Source of the DNA: Podarcis gaigeae
Taxonomy: Eukaryota
Length of the DNA: 64,000 nt
Reading direction: 5' to 3' (one strand)
NCBI GenBank assembly: GCA_964106915.2
Contig: OZ066914.1
The notes beneath the pieces are model-generated. The model had not been told where the DNA came from and made no database searches. It worked only from the letters and a program-made list of their open reading frames with translations. Below, in pieces: positions 43,088 through 55,716 of the stretch (the stretch's first letter is position 1; the number at the start of each line of letters is the position of its first letter). Both the position numbers and the translations under genes were made by a program.

Positions 43088-43295
43088 AATTTTGTCTCCT
43101 TAACTATCATGGATCCCACCAAAGACCTACATGCCTTATTAGTGGGGAAAACATGTGTCTGTATATTCTCTTTAATGGTGCATACAGCAGCTTTGGAGAT
43201 AAATTAGATCACAAACATGGTACCAGTGCCCACTGCCACAGCCCCACTGCAACAACCCTGATCAAATTTGGAAACCCTTGCAACTACTCCAAAAA
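43088..43295 (+). repeat. 208-bp direct repeat, copy 1
   Basis: Matches 47650-47857 with one mismatch, compared by eye. Confidence 0.93.
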
Positions 43296-46200
43296 AAATC
43301 TTTTTTCTTTCAACCAGCAGTCTTACTAGACTATTTATTCCTGTACTCTGCTGTGACATACATGCCCAACTCCAACAACTCTTGCCGCCTTTTTACATTT
43401 CTCCAAAATATATTCAAGAATTCAGGAACATTCAAGAACAGCAATGAAGGGTAGGTAGTACAGAGGGCTGAGGGAGGGGTAAATCTGGGAACAACCAATG
43501 CCATCAGTACTGCTGGCATGGTCCTCAGAACAATGAATTGTAGGCAAAATCACTTAGAGAGCTGCTACCACTTTGCCACAACAATGGCAAAATACAGTTT
43601 AAAAGTGAAGGGCATTTTACACTAATTTGCCACCTCCATTGCTGGTTGCAACAGTGCTCTTGCAGTAGGTGGGTGAGCAGCAGAGGTAGGGAGAGCAGCA
43701 GGAGTGGGTGGGTGAGGAGAAAGGAGAAGCAGGTCTGTTGGACAGCCATTGAGTTGTAATTGATTGGTGATGGGACATGCAGGGAGATAGCAGAGACATA
43801 ATCTGTCATCTCACCCAATCTGCTGTATCAGCCATATGGTTTAATGCAGCTCGTTACTGGGCTCAGCCTTATTGATAGGTCACTCTACGTAACTAGTACC
43901 CAGTAATTAGGGAAAGATTCTACCAGGCTGCAACTCAAACACTGCATGGGGGAAACATTTGGAAGCTAAATTGTAGATCATGTTTAGGGTAATTGATGGT
44001 TGTGGTATTCTGCTTTTCCAATGGAAAAGAAGTATTTATTGCGACCGACATATCTAAGTCTGCAAAATTCATACTCCTATAAATATTCTTAAAATCGCTG
44101 ATTATGATGCACAGGTGCCATTCCCACTGAGATTAGTTTTGGGGTATTACTGTCATTTTTAATGAAATTATAAGACTGCTCCATCTGGTCTTTAATGAAA
44201 CACCTGGAGCTACACGTAGAAAGCTCCTCTCTCCATACTCAGCTGGCTGCTACTTTAACCTGGTACTGAGAAGCATGTAAATTACAGTGAGAGTCATATT
44301 TGAACTTAATTACAAATTGCATACATACACCATGAGCTACACTAAACCCACTAAAAGCTACACTCTGGTTTATGGTAAACCAAAATATGATGTTTATTAA
44401 ACTGTTCTCTACATGTGCAGAAAGATTAGAACAGGTAAGTAGAATTCATTGTAAGATTCGCCAGCCAAGTTTTTCTGATGAAAAGTGAATGATCAATGGT
44501 ATATGGTTATTTCCATGCAAGTATTTGTTGACTTTGAAATCCTTTTGAGATCTTGTACTTAACACCAGAACTACATTGTAGTTAGAATATCTACGTGCGA
44601 ATTGGAGTATCATGCTAGAAAATCTAATCAGCACAGGTATCATAGGAGCCAACACTCTGGTTCCCCCAAAAAATATTTGAGCAGGCCAGGCCATTTTTGG
44701 AAAATTGTTTCTTTGTTCCATTTTGGAAAGTTGTTTCTTTGTTCACTATACATTTGGACACCTCTTAAGATATTGTGACCAGATTCTGCATGGTAGTTCC
44801 CGAGATCAAGGTGCAGGTCTTCATCTATGTTTTGATACAGGTGGATACCAATTTGAATCAAGATGACAGAATAAACTTTTCAAACTGCAGTGTTTTCATT
44901 TATTGGAATCCCTAATTTCCAGGTACAATGCTGCTAGTTATTAATGAAAAACCTATTCCATTTAAATATATTTCATATTTTTAAAATAATAAGATCTTAA
45001 AAAGTGAATGTTCTGTAATTTCTTCAAGTATTTGGCATAATTCACATATTTTTGTCCTTAATTTGAAATCCACTGCAAAAATTGAATAGCCATGACATAT
45101 ATCCTTAACTATAATCCTAATTTTGAATTAGCATAAACATGAACTATGACCAGCTACCAGAACTTCAGAAAGGCTGAACTTGCTGATAACATAAAAACAG
45201 AAAGACTCAAAAGTCAAAGGGCACATCTCTTCTACCTTCTTCTCCAGGACTTCACAAAGTGAAATGCATATTGCAGCCAGACATCCTCCCCCAATCATTC
45301 CAACCCACTTTTCCTCAGAAATTCAACAAGGATGGAATTACATGTTTGCACTGGAACTTGCTGCTCTTTAGCCTTTAACATTAGTGCTCCCTCAGGCAAG
45401 GAGAGCACTCTTAGTGCCTCAGACCCACCGCCTGCAATAACCACCTGTTTCATAATTCTGAGCACTACCCTGGCTCAGGTGTAAATATTGCAATATGTTT
45501 AACACGGGGGAGGGGGAATCAAGAAAGTGTAAACAAGCATTAGCTTTCCCTGGTTGTATATTTTTAGGATAATATCTATGTTACATGTGAACCTCCAGAT
45601 TATTGGATTGTGAGCTTGAATGTTGAGCTCCAGAAGCACATTCAGGGTGTCAGAATTTTAAGATGACTTAAGGAATGCTATTATCTTAGAAATCACTATT
45701 ATGACTAATTTGAGGACCAAAAAGAAATGTACCAAATGTACCGAAAAGAAACACACAAAACATGTTCTCAGTGCATCCCAAACTATATACTCTCTTCTGA
45801 TCATGAATGATAGGCATTCATTCAATGCTTGCAGCTGCCATAATCTGTAGACCCATAAATCTACAACAGTATTATTTCTGCTGACAACAGCAAAGGAAGC
45901 TCCATGGAGGGGACAAATCTTCATAGCAACAATGGGGAACAGTGCTTGCTAGTCTACCTTGGTGATATCAGCTGTTTCTAAAGGAGTTTCTACATTAAAT
46001 TAGTCATCTAGTAACTATTCAGGCAGCTGAGAATATATCACCTAAATCTGATTCTTGACATTTGCACTGTCACCAGACATCTCTGCCTCCATAGTTCAGA
46101 GAATGACATGCCCTTAACTAGATTAACCAACAGGTTTTCAAGTTGAACAAGGAAATAATCCTGCTTTTTGGATTCTACTTGGCTCCAATCATTCCTCATT

Positions 46201-46467
46201 ATCCTTGGGTTTGTCCAGAATATCTAATGAATTTTTCTTCATTGCAAACTGGCAATGCTAAACAAGAAAATGGTTCTAGCCAGACCTGAAATAAAGATTG
46301 GAGAATCTACTACAGATACATTTAAGACTGTATTTAAGACTGGAAAAAAATCATTCCAGAGTCTTTTTTTTAATAACTTCATCAATATATCTGTATATCT
46401 CATGCACCCTACTCTTGTGTTAAAGCAAAAGCTTGCTTAAGAGCAGGAGGAAAATTATGAAGACTGA

Positions 46468-46688
46468 GGGCTCTTCCAGACTTGTGCTTGTCCCATGCCT
46501 AGAAAGCATGTATCCAAGCATTTTTCCACTTGCCCCAGTGCTTTCCCCCAGAAAACCTGCTCTTTAGTGATAAATTGGCACAAACATCAAGCCAGAGAAA
46601 ACTCGATTTACACTTGTTCCGATTCAGCGGTAAGGATTGGGTTTCTTCTGAGGAAAACAGCAGGGTAAGGGCAAATCTGAATGAGCCC
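46468..46688. mobile_element. Degenerate MITE with 3-bp TSD (PIF/Harbinger-like)
   Basis: Termini GGGCTCTTCCAGA/TCTGAATGAGCCC with TGA on both sides. Confidence 0.5.
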
Positions 46689-47649
46689 TGACTAATAGCA
46701 TGTAAAAATAAACTGAGGTCTCAGAATATATCTTAAAAGAAGTGAAAATGTAGGAACACAGAAAGAGAGCAGTAACAATCTGACAGCTACCGAAAGTGTT
46801 GGCTAGCTGATCTGCATTCTCAAGAGAAGGGGGTAGAAATCACTGGACTTCAATACTAACACTTTGCCATTGTGAATAAGCAGAACAGGAAGAAGCTAGG
46901 AAACAGAGTGCCATAAATAGCAGGTGTTTGGAAATGATTCTCAGAGTCAATCTAGCTATCCCAAATGACAAGCAGAAGTCAATCATATAACACAGGAAGC
47001 AATCACCAAGCTGTCTGGCAAGCATCTCGGCTTGAAAGATTGGCCAAACATGGGAACAGCTGACAAATGAAAGGAAATATGAAATATGGAGAAAATGCAG
47101 CGTTATAGTAATGAACCATCAAACAACTGAATCATGCATAAAATTAAATCACTCCAACTTTATCCAGGCTATACTTGATATATTGAATAACACTGTAACA
47201 CTTTTTTTTTTAGCTAATTACATATCAGCCGACATATACTTGTTTACATTGAAGATATGTATTGTGTCTGTATTGAATCTTTTGTAAACCTAAGGTATGG
47301 GAACTTCGTTGAAAGTTACATTAAGACAAACTGAAAACCAATCAAGCAGTCTTAGAGAAATGCTTATATTGATTCGAAAGCTATCTAGACAACACAGCAT
47401 TTAGCAAACGTATAAAATTTGAATATTCTGTTCACTTTATACTATTACACAGCATTCTGCTGCAATCAGATAAGTAAAACAAGTATTTAACAGGCAGAAT
47501 ATAGATCTGAGGGTCAAAAGATTAGACGATGTGTGATTGAATCCCCAGCTTGTTGCTATTATCGTTTTAATAAGAATAATCAGGGGGGGAGAGATGTAAT
47601 CTGATCAAGACTGGAACACTTGAAAGGAGTGAGCAACATCCCCCCCCCA

Positions 47650-47857
47650 AATTTTGTCTCCTTACCTATCATGGATCCCACCAAAGACCTACATGCCTTA
47701 TTAGTGGGGAAAACATGTGTCTGTATATTCTCTTTAATGGTGCATACAGCAGCTTTGGAGATAAATTAGATCACAAACATGGTACCAGTGCCCACTGCCA
47801 CAGCCCCACTGCAACAACCCTGATCAAATTTGGAAACCCTTGCAACTACTCCAAAAA
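47650..47857 (+). repeat. 208-bp direct repeat, copy 2
   Basis: Matches 43088-43295 with one mismatch; offset 4562 bp. Confidence 0.93.
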
Positions 47858-50067
47858 GAAATAAAAGCAAGCAGGCTTTCCTGTCACAGATGTCCAACTT
47901 ACGTATTGTCTAGCTTGGGCCTTTGATTCTATACCAATTAAATCAGCACTGAACATGTTCCTTTCTTGTAGTATAAATGTTACGTACCTAATAAATCTAT
48001 TTTACTATACTAAAATGCCTATGGGTTTAAAACCTATATGATGCTCAGGTTGCAATCCTATGTGAATTTTCTTTTGACCAAGTCCCATTGGAGTTCACTT
48101 CTGAGTAGACATGCATAAAACAGAAATGCTAGATGCTATGTTGTGTTCACGCTACTTGCAAGTTGATATATCTTGGGTTCCAGTATTAAAAAACACAGGT
48201 GTCTCTAAAGGGCACTTAAATTTTTTCTAGGCAATTACTATTATTACTAGGATGTTTTTTAAATATTAAGGGAGGTGGCTGTAGATGCAAGGATATGACA
48301 TCAATTAAAAAACTGGTCTCCCACATGCTACTTTAGTGCTTGATACAATGGGTGGTATTCAGGCAGTTTTTATTCAGAGGAGACCAACTGAATGAATGAA
48401 CATGACTAAGTTAAGCCCATTAATGTCACTGGGTCTACTCTAAAACATAGTTGAATACCAGCCAATGTGCCCCTCCATCTTTAATGTAGGTTCCTTATGT
48501 CCTAACAGGTTTAGTAGCAATAACCTGAAACATAGGAAATTGCTTTAACTTGACTAATCCATGCAACCCAGCATTGTATACTCTGAATTAAGCCCCACTG
48601 GTTTAAAGAGGACAAAGCAAAGTGTACAAGGTACTCTTTTTCAACAGCATAATATTTCATCCAACTGCACCACTCGCTATAGTTGGCATATTTACAGAAT
48701 CAAAGTTCCATCAAAAACCTCCAGTATGTGCCCTCCCCTTTCAAACTCATAGAAAAATTCTTAAAAGCCACAACCCATTTTGTCTCCCTAAATACTTCCT
48801 TGTGCCCTAATTGTATGCCAAGGTATTGTTAACATTGAGGACAATATAATTGTTGCTGTTCTGATTCCAAGGCAGTAAAATCACACCAATGAAACAGGAC
48901 AATTCTCTTTTCTATGCTTTATTTCTTTTGTACTAGAGGAAACCCTGCTTTCACATTTTCTTTTCTTCTTTCTTTTTAAATATTGACGCATGGTGTGTGT
49001 GTGTGTTTGCCATACAAATTACTCCTGGTAATATATGCTGAGTATTGCAGAGCCCATTTGGCCAGATTCTAATAGCTCCCCTTGGGAGCTGACACTAGCT
49101 TTCAGCCGTAGCCCATCACTGCAGATTAGCACAAGAACATGTGCTGCAACGGCATCCAGTTTTGCTTCTCTCACACCAAGAGATGATATCCTGAGAATCC
49201 ACAAGCAAGTCCTGTGCGCCTCTGAGAACTGGAATTCTATTTTTAAAACGAACAATATTAAACCAAACAAAAGCCAACTAACTTTTCTGTTAAGCTACTG
49301 CAAAATCTTGTACTTTGCGTCACAAGATGTCTCTACAGAGTTAAATAAAGTACTTTTTGCATAATTCATAGGTTAGCACAACCTGCTACTAAGTGTGTAA
49401 CATTTAAACTATGCTGAGCTAGCGTCTTTCAATTTAAATGAAGCAAGCAGCCTTTAATTTCATGTGATTTTTAAAGTAATATTTGCTTTAGATAGATGCT
49501 TTCTAGAATATTTACTTAAAGAGCCTAAAGCAGAAAAGCCAGATCCACAGGGGCATCATTAAATGTACCCCAAGGAGCATATAATCTTATCAGAATGGTG
49601 GAGATTGCACTCCAAACATTAATTATGTATTATTAGCCACAGGAAAATAAATATTAAATGTTTTGTGTGTAATTTTTCTGCCTTTGCTCTGTATTTTTTA
49701 AAAAATGGCATCCAAGAAAGATACAGGCTTGTTTAAACTTAATTCAATTTAAATTTAATTCACTGTATTTTTTATATTATTGAGAAAAGCGAATACATTT
49801 CCGTATCTGCAAAGACTAACAGGAAACAAAAAACTGCTCCTTCATCTGACCTTCAACAATTATGTCCTCTTCGCAAAAAAGAAAAAGAGAAAGAAAAAAA
49901 GAATACACACAGCTGTTTTATTAATTTATAAGCACGTGGCAAGCCTTCTCTAAGTCACTTCAGTAGCAGAGCTATATAAAAGCACACAGCAGCATCGTGT
50001 ATGGCTTTTTAAGCATTCGGGTATCCAAGACAAAGGCTGAAATATTTGAAATAGGTTCAATACTCAC

Positions 50068-50187
50068 TGAAGGCAGCAACTGCCAGAGCCAGTGTGACAA
50101 CAATGGAAGCCCATGAAACCCACAGTGCCTTCTTTCTGTAGCTTTGAGCTTCGTGAGGTTTTAGTCTTGTGCTGCTTTCTAGTAAAC
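50068..50187 (-). CDS. TMEM163: TMEM163 coding exon 2 (LLESSTRLKPHEAQSYRKKALWVSWASIVVTLALAVAAF)
   Basis: Manual translation is nearly identical to the TMEM163 sequence I recall. Acceptor ctcttaccag, donor gtgagt; 120 nt, phase 1-1. Confidence 0.97.
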
Positions 50188-53100
50188 CTGGTAAGAGAAT
50201 CAGAAGAGGAAATCAGTGTGGGCTGTGTTTTATTCCCCTTTTAAAGAAAAAAAGAAATTAGGTCCATTCAGAACCAAACCAGGAATTCCTTGTGTATTTT
50301 TCCCGTTTAGGAGGAATCCTGTTCACCTTATTTATATACCATAAATAATGCTAAAGCAGGTGCATGGGTTCAGGTTTGTCTTTGTATTTCACAGGAGGTT
50401 AAAAAAAAAAAAGAGTACCAATTGCTGCTTGGAGCAACCTGGAGCCGATCATAAAATAACCAGACATCTTTAGATTTTTGCATACACACACTCAATTCCT
50501 GATCAAACTTTAAAGAGCATGGGGAGAGATTGCTTAAAGTGCCAGTGAAACAGATGCACAATACAAGCAGCAGCTTGATAGAAGAGCAAAATAAAGGTGC
50601 TGATCTGATGCATCTCTGAAAATCAGAGCAGGTGCAGTAGAGGTTAACATACGCCATTGTTGTGCAGCCATCTCCCCAAGCTTGTTGGGTTTTTTTGTGT
50701 ATTTCAGTTCTAAGGACTTTACTTGCTCTAGCAAAATTTAGTCAAAATAAAACAAAACAGGTGTGTTCATGTATTAAGCTCCCCTCCCCCTTCGTCTTGT
50801 TCACTCTGTGATCTCTGGAAAGAATAGAATAAATATTTCCAGTTGGATTTTGCTAACTTTTGACAACAAATGAGCCAACTATCACAGGATCAGACTTAAC
50901 AAAACCCCAATGAATTAGTGGGGTCCATACCAAAAGAGCAATAGGAGGATCTATGCCCCGCCAAAATAGAACACATATTTGTGGTGCAAAATTAATAACA
51001 ACATTATAGTTAAAATAGTTAAAACCAGTTCTTGGTTGCTACTGGATTATGAAAGATGGTACAAGTCTAAATTGTTTAAACACCACTCGAATCAAAATTT
51101 ATGCATTTTACATTAAAATATTTGAATCTTACATACTATTAGAATTGGACAAATGTTTTACAATTTACTACCTCCAGGGAAAAAAGGAATGTGTCACCAG
51201 GTAAATTGTTCCCCTTAAAACATATTGTGTTTGTATGTGTGAAAAATCTTTGGGGATTGCACACAAGCATCTATCTGCCAAACACATAAAATGAAAATAG
51301 TTTCACAGGTAATGCTAGACCTTTGCAACTTATATCATGAATGCAAATCCCATTCAGAATGTGACTTCAAATCTTCCTATGGAACATACCTGGGTTAATT
51401 TATACACAGACAAGGCTAGAAAGGGTATATTATAATTATAAAGTCATGTTCACATTTGAAGATTACGCCATTTGATATTTTAGTACATGTAATGAAAGAT
51501 GTGATGTGTTTTATTAAACTGATATTTTTCCCATTTGTCTGTAAAAAATAATTTGTAATTGATACAAAGAAACTCTCCTGCTGACAATATATTTATGAAG
51601 TTGGTTTTTTTACATATGCTGCTTTAATTGGTTTTACACAGACTTTTTTATTTCAGATTAACTGAAATAATTTTAATGCATTTTCTTATTCCAAATACAG
51701 TAGTCACACACAAAGATTCTCTGAATCCTAACGAAAGTAGAGAGGGGACTCTCACAACTTTGTTTTATACTAGACACTGAAAAAAACTAAGCTTCCCTAA
51801 AGGCTGAAGCTAAAACCTTCATACTTTGTCCATGATCCATCAAAATGCACCTGAACACCCTACAGACATAGCATTTCAAAAAGAAAAGAATAAATTCATT
51901 GAAATTTTGATTGATTAAAGCAAAAAATAAAAACTATTCCTAACATTTCTTTGGAAAGAATAATAGCTCAGACCTGTGAGTTTGTTATCAATGGAAAGGG
52001 AGGGACAAGGAATGAGTTTATGGGTTCTTTGTCTTATTTCCCCCATACATCCATTATCTTTTACTAGGTCCTTTGTTCCTTCTCACCATCATCATCTTAC
52101 ATCTATAGAAGATGTTTAGTGGGAAGATCATTCCCAGGTGAATCAAGATCCCTCTATTCCTAAGCCCAAACTCTTGAATATAGACCAACTTGGCATATAC
52201 TGCCCAATCCTTATAAAGTGACTAAGCCACTGCAAAAGGCCTTCAAATATCACTATTTCATTTAGAAGAGCAGCTCCTAATTAAATAAAAATAAAAATGC
52301 ATGCACAGTGACCCATCATACCCAACAAGATTGTAGCCAGAATACTGCCTGGAAATAGGCAGTTTTTATAACTCGGAAACTGACTGTGGACAGTTGCAGA
52401 GAACGAAGAGCAAAGAGCAGGCTCCAAGTCAGGCAGGGAGCTGCTTGGCTTCAGATGAAACAGAATGCCATGGGAAGAGGGCAGAGAAAGAAAAACACAC
52501 AAATCTATTGAATAGGCACGTGCTTGGCAGGTGCCTGTTAGGGAGACAATAGACTGAATGCCCCTTCTTTCTAAGAAGGGGTGTGGAATGGGTAAAATAA
52601 CATGCTTTCTTTGCAGTCAATGGGGACGCCAGGCTGCATTGTAGTGAATGCATTTTAAATTGCATTTTGAAGACTGGGTGGTTCAAGGCTAAAGAAAAGG
52701 CGGGTGTTTCTTTGTTTAAGGCTGTCAGTGCTCCATTTCTTTTCTAAAATAAAAAAGAATGAGTGAGCAAAGAATTTAACTGCAAGGTTGGTAAAATAGA
52801 TTATGTTAAGTGTGTGGTGTGTGTGGGTGTGTTTGTGTAGAGAGAGAAAGAATTAAATATGAAAGACAAACCAACAGCACAAGCTTAACCTTGTCTACTC
52901 TGAAGTAAGTCCTAATGAATTCAATGGGACTTACTCCCAGGCAAGCAGAGTTAAGATTTCAGTCCAACTATTAAGAAGGGTCAAGGAGGACTGAGAATGG
53001 TCATTCAGATGGCTGCTGCAGGTGATAAGACAATGGAGGACAAGCAGACGAGTTGTGAGGAAAGAACAGCTAGCGGTGGAGGAGACAGACCACGGGAGGT

Positions 53101-53409
53101 CCATAGATGATATATGAGAAGCAGGAGTGGCTGAGGAAGGTGAAATACAGGAGGCAGGATTCAACAATGGAGGATGCACGGCAAAAATGGGTCTATAGGA
53201 AGGAAAGGGCGGTAAAGGCATAAGAAGGGATGAAGTGTGGGGTCTTGGCATGATATAGCTGGTTACAAGAGCGACGTGGCAGAATTTAGTGGGGTTAAGA
53301 GTAGCGGTTTATTGGTCAGCGAGGTAAATTAGAAAGTGCTAGGACGTCCGTGAGGGCGATATAGAGGCGAGCGGGTGGGCTGCAGAGACTTGGCCGGACC
53401 CGGGATGGC

Positions 53410-53434
53410 GAGAGAGAGAGAGAGAGAGAGAGAG
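53410..53434. repeat. (GA)n microsatellite in TMEM163 intron 1
   Basis: Directly visible. Confidence 0.9.
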
Positions 53435-53703
53435 AAGTGCTAGACGCGTAGAAAGGAGCCGGCCATAGGGGTGAGGTGATTGAAAGAAGGCTTTCCTAGA
53501 GAGTCGCCTGGGAGCGGTGGCTTCGCGGTGGGTCGGTCCTGTTCGACGCCAACTTAAGGAATCTTTCGGGAGCCGGCCAGGGGCAGGGCGCGCGCGGGAA
53601 AGGAAGAGAAATGGGCGCGTGACAGGAGCCTGGTTTCTGCAGGGGTGGGGGGGGGAGAGGAGAAGCATGTTGTTGGGAGACGTCACTGGCCCCAAAGACT
53701 CAC

Positions 53704-53878
53704 CTCTATCCTCCAGCTCTTCACTGAACTGCACGTCCTCCCCGACGCGCAGCGTCTCCGCTGGCTGCGGGTCCCGGGCCGGGTAGGCTGGCGGGGGAGT
53801 GGTCCCGGGGGGCTGCACGATGGTGGGCTCGGGGAAGCTGTTGCTGCCGCCGCCCAGTTCGTCTCCGGACGTCTCCAT
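53704..53878 (-). CDS. TMEM163: TMEM163 coding exon 1 (METSGDELGG...LRVGEDVQFSEELEDR/G)
   Basis: The ATG at 53878 is in a strong Kozak context (ccaactATGG). A Pro-rich N-terminus ends RVGEDVQFSEELEDRG, like human RISESGQFSDGLEDRG. Donor is G|GTGAGT; 175 nt, phase 1; lies within the CpG island. Confidence 0.92.
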
Positions 53879-55716
53879 AGTTGGGCAAGGCGGCAGAGAA
53901 AGCACAGCAAAGGAAGAAGAGGGCGAGGCGGCAGGGGACGCCAAGCCGTGGGAAAAGGCACGCGCGCGGGGGGAAAGAGACGCCGAGGCTTCCTTCTCAC
54001 GAGCCAGGCATGCAGCGAGAGAAAGTGGCCGTCGCCTCGCCTCGCCCTGGCCGCTCCTCCTCGCACATCAACTGCAGGTGGGACCCGCCGGCGGCCTCCC
54101 CGGTCGCTCGGCTCCTCCCACCGTCCTCGAGAAGGACGAGAGCGCGCCCAAACTCCCCTCCCCGAGCTCCGGCGTCGGAGGGGCTCAAGAGCTGGTGGCG
54201 TCTCTCCAGACTCGGAGTCCCAACAAGCCTTGCCGAAAATCTCCCGTTAGCCGAAGCCAATGCTAGGCTGCAATTAGCAGGAGGCTACACCTCGTGTTAG
54301 CACGAGTCTGAGTTCCCACCCGCATCATGGGAAGTTTATGTTTAATTCAACTTGTGCGCTGCCCTATTATCGAAAGAGGTCTCGGTCGCGGCTGTGGGAA
54401 GCAACGCGCTCAACCCGCAGCCTCCCTTTTTAAAATGCTATAAATTAAAGGAGGAGGAGGGCGTGTAGCGATTGTAGCAGCGATTGCGGTTTAAATAAAA
54501 ACAAAAAACAAAAAACAGCCCGACCTTGCTTGTTTAAAGAGATGCAGCGCAATCTATACTATGTTTACTCGAAAGTAGGTTTGGTTGAGCTCAGTGGGGC
54601 TTACTGCCTAATGTTAGGGTTGCAGACTTACCAAGGAGTAAGGCTGCACTCCTAACCCTATCTACCTGGGAATAAACCCCGCTAAATTCAATAGAATTTT
54701 GGAGTGATGGTTAGGATTGTGGTGTAAGCCCCGCTGAATACAGTTCTTCCCAGTAATCCTGAAAATCTGAAAGGACCGCAAATCTTGAGCCATCCCATTC
54801 CCAACACCTCTTCATAGATTGGTAATCCTTAGAAAATTTGATATGTAGCTGTACAGCTTTGGCCAGAACTCAATAGGGCAAAAACCAATCCCAGAAAATT
54901 GATGTCTATACAGTATAGGTAGGTTTGAGGCCTCATCGTGGTATACAGTCTGATTTTGTTGAGACACCATCCCTATTTGCAAACATTCACAGTACACTTA
55001 GAGGGGAGGAATTGTAAGGGTAGCACCAAGTCTTCCCCCTTCTAAATTCATATACATAATGGGTGTGTGACACATGGAAAAGACCACAAGATTACACCTA
55101 AATTGCAGGATATGAGACACACCTTCTGACCCCAGCTGCTATGGAGGTTAGACATGTGGAAGGGGTGAGAAACAACTGTGATTCCTACTGCTCCATTGCA
55201 TAAGCAAAAATGTCCACACGCTGTTAAGGACTTCCTAAGGTGAGTTAATGTGATGTTCAGAAAAATACCTGTTTTAAAAGTTATCAGCCACAGAATGGTC
55301 CCAACTGTCTAGATTTGTGGGTGGCTAAACATTTTTCTATAGCCTGTGTGATGGGTTAGCCTTATCCACTCAGGAAAATGCATCACAAAGGTAATAGGAA
55401 AAGGGGGGCTACATATAGGGACTAGTGAGTAAGCCCACAAAATAAGTGACTATTGGAAGGGACTGAAGTAGACAAGGCTGCTGATGGACAAGTAGAAGGA
55501 TAGGATGGTGGGTTGGACAAGACCAGCAGGGTCTCCAGAACTTTGGCTCGCATTAAAACAGGAAAAAGTCAGTTATACATTTTTGAAGAAAGTTACGAAT
55601 CCTAAAACCTGACTCATTTGAAATAAATTAGGTTTCCTCCCTATTGGGGGAGGGGAATGCAATATTACAGTCACTTCTTACCAATTTTTCATCACTTAGC
55701 TGTTGTTTATTAATAT

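Larger units (their letters stand above)
53340..54490. promoter_or_regulatory. CpG island / TMEM163 promoter, 5'UTR and exon 1
   Basis: Abrupt rise in GC and CpG density in an otherwise CpG-depleted, AT-rich window, spanning the first coding exon. Confidence 0.85.

Noticed and set aside
43094-47853. Interpretation of the 208-bp repeats as LTRs of an intact retroelement
   Set aside because: There is no outer TSD, homology extends beyond TG/CA, and no PBS, PPT or gag/pol is visible. The interior contains ordinary old intronic repeats.
50370-50734. ORFs of 95 and 66 aa near exon 2
   Set aside because: They have no homology or matching splice phase. The true exon 2 is at 50068-50187.
53339-54300. 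Several long overlapping ORFs (up to 201 aa) on both strands
   Set aside because: These are expected in a GC-rich CpG island with few stop codons. Only 53878-53704(-) has homology and a splice donor.
54645-54651. Metal-response-element core TGCACTC upstream of a zinc transporter
   Set aside because: It is a single 7-mer inside a degenerate dispersed repeat (GGCTGCAATCCTA...-type) and is expected by chance.
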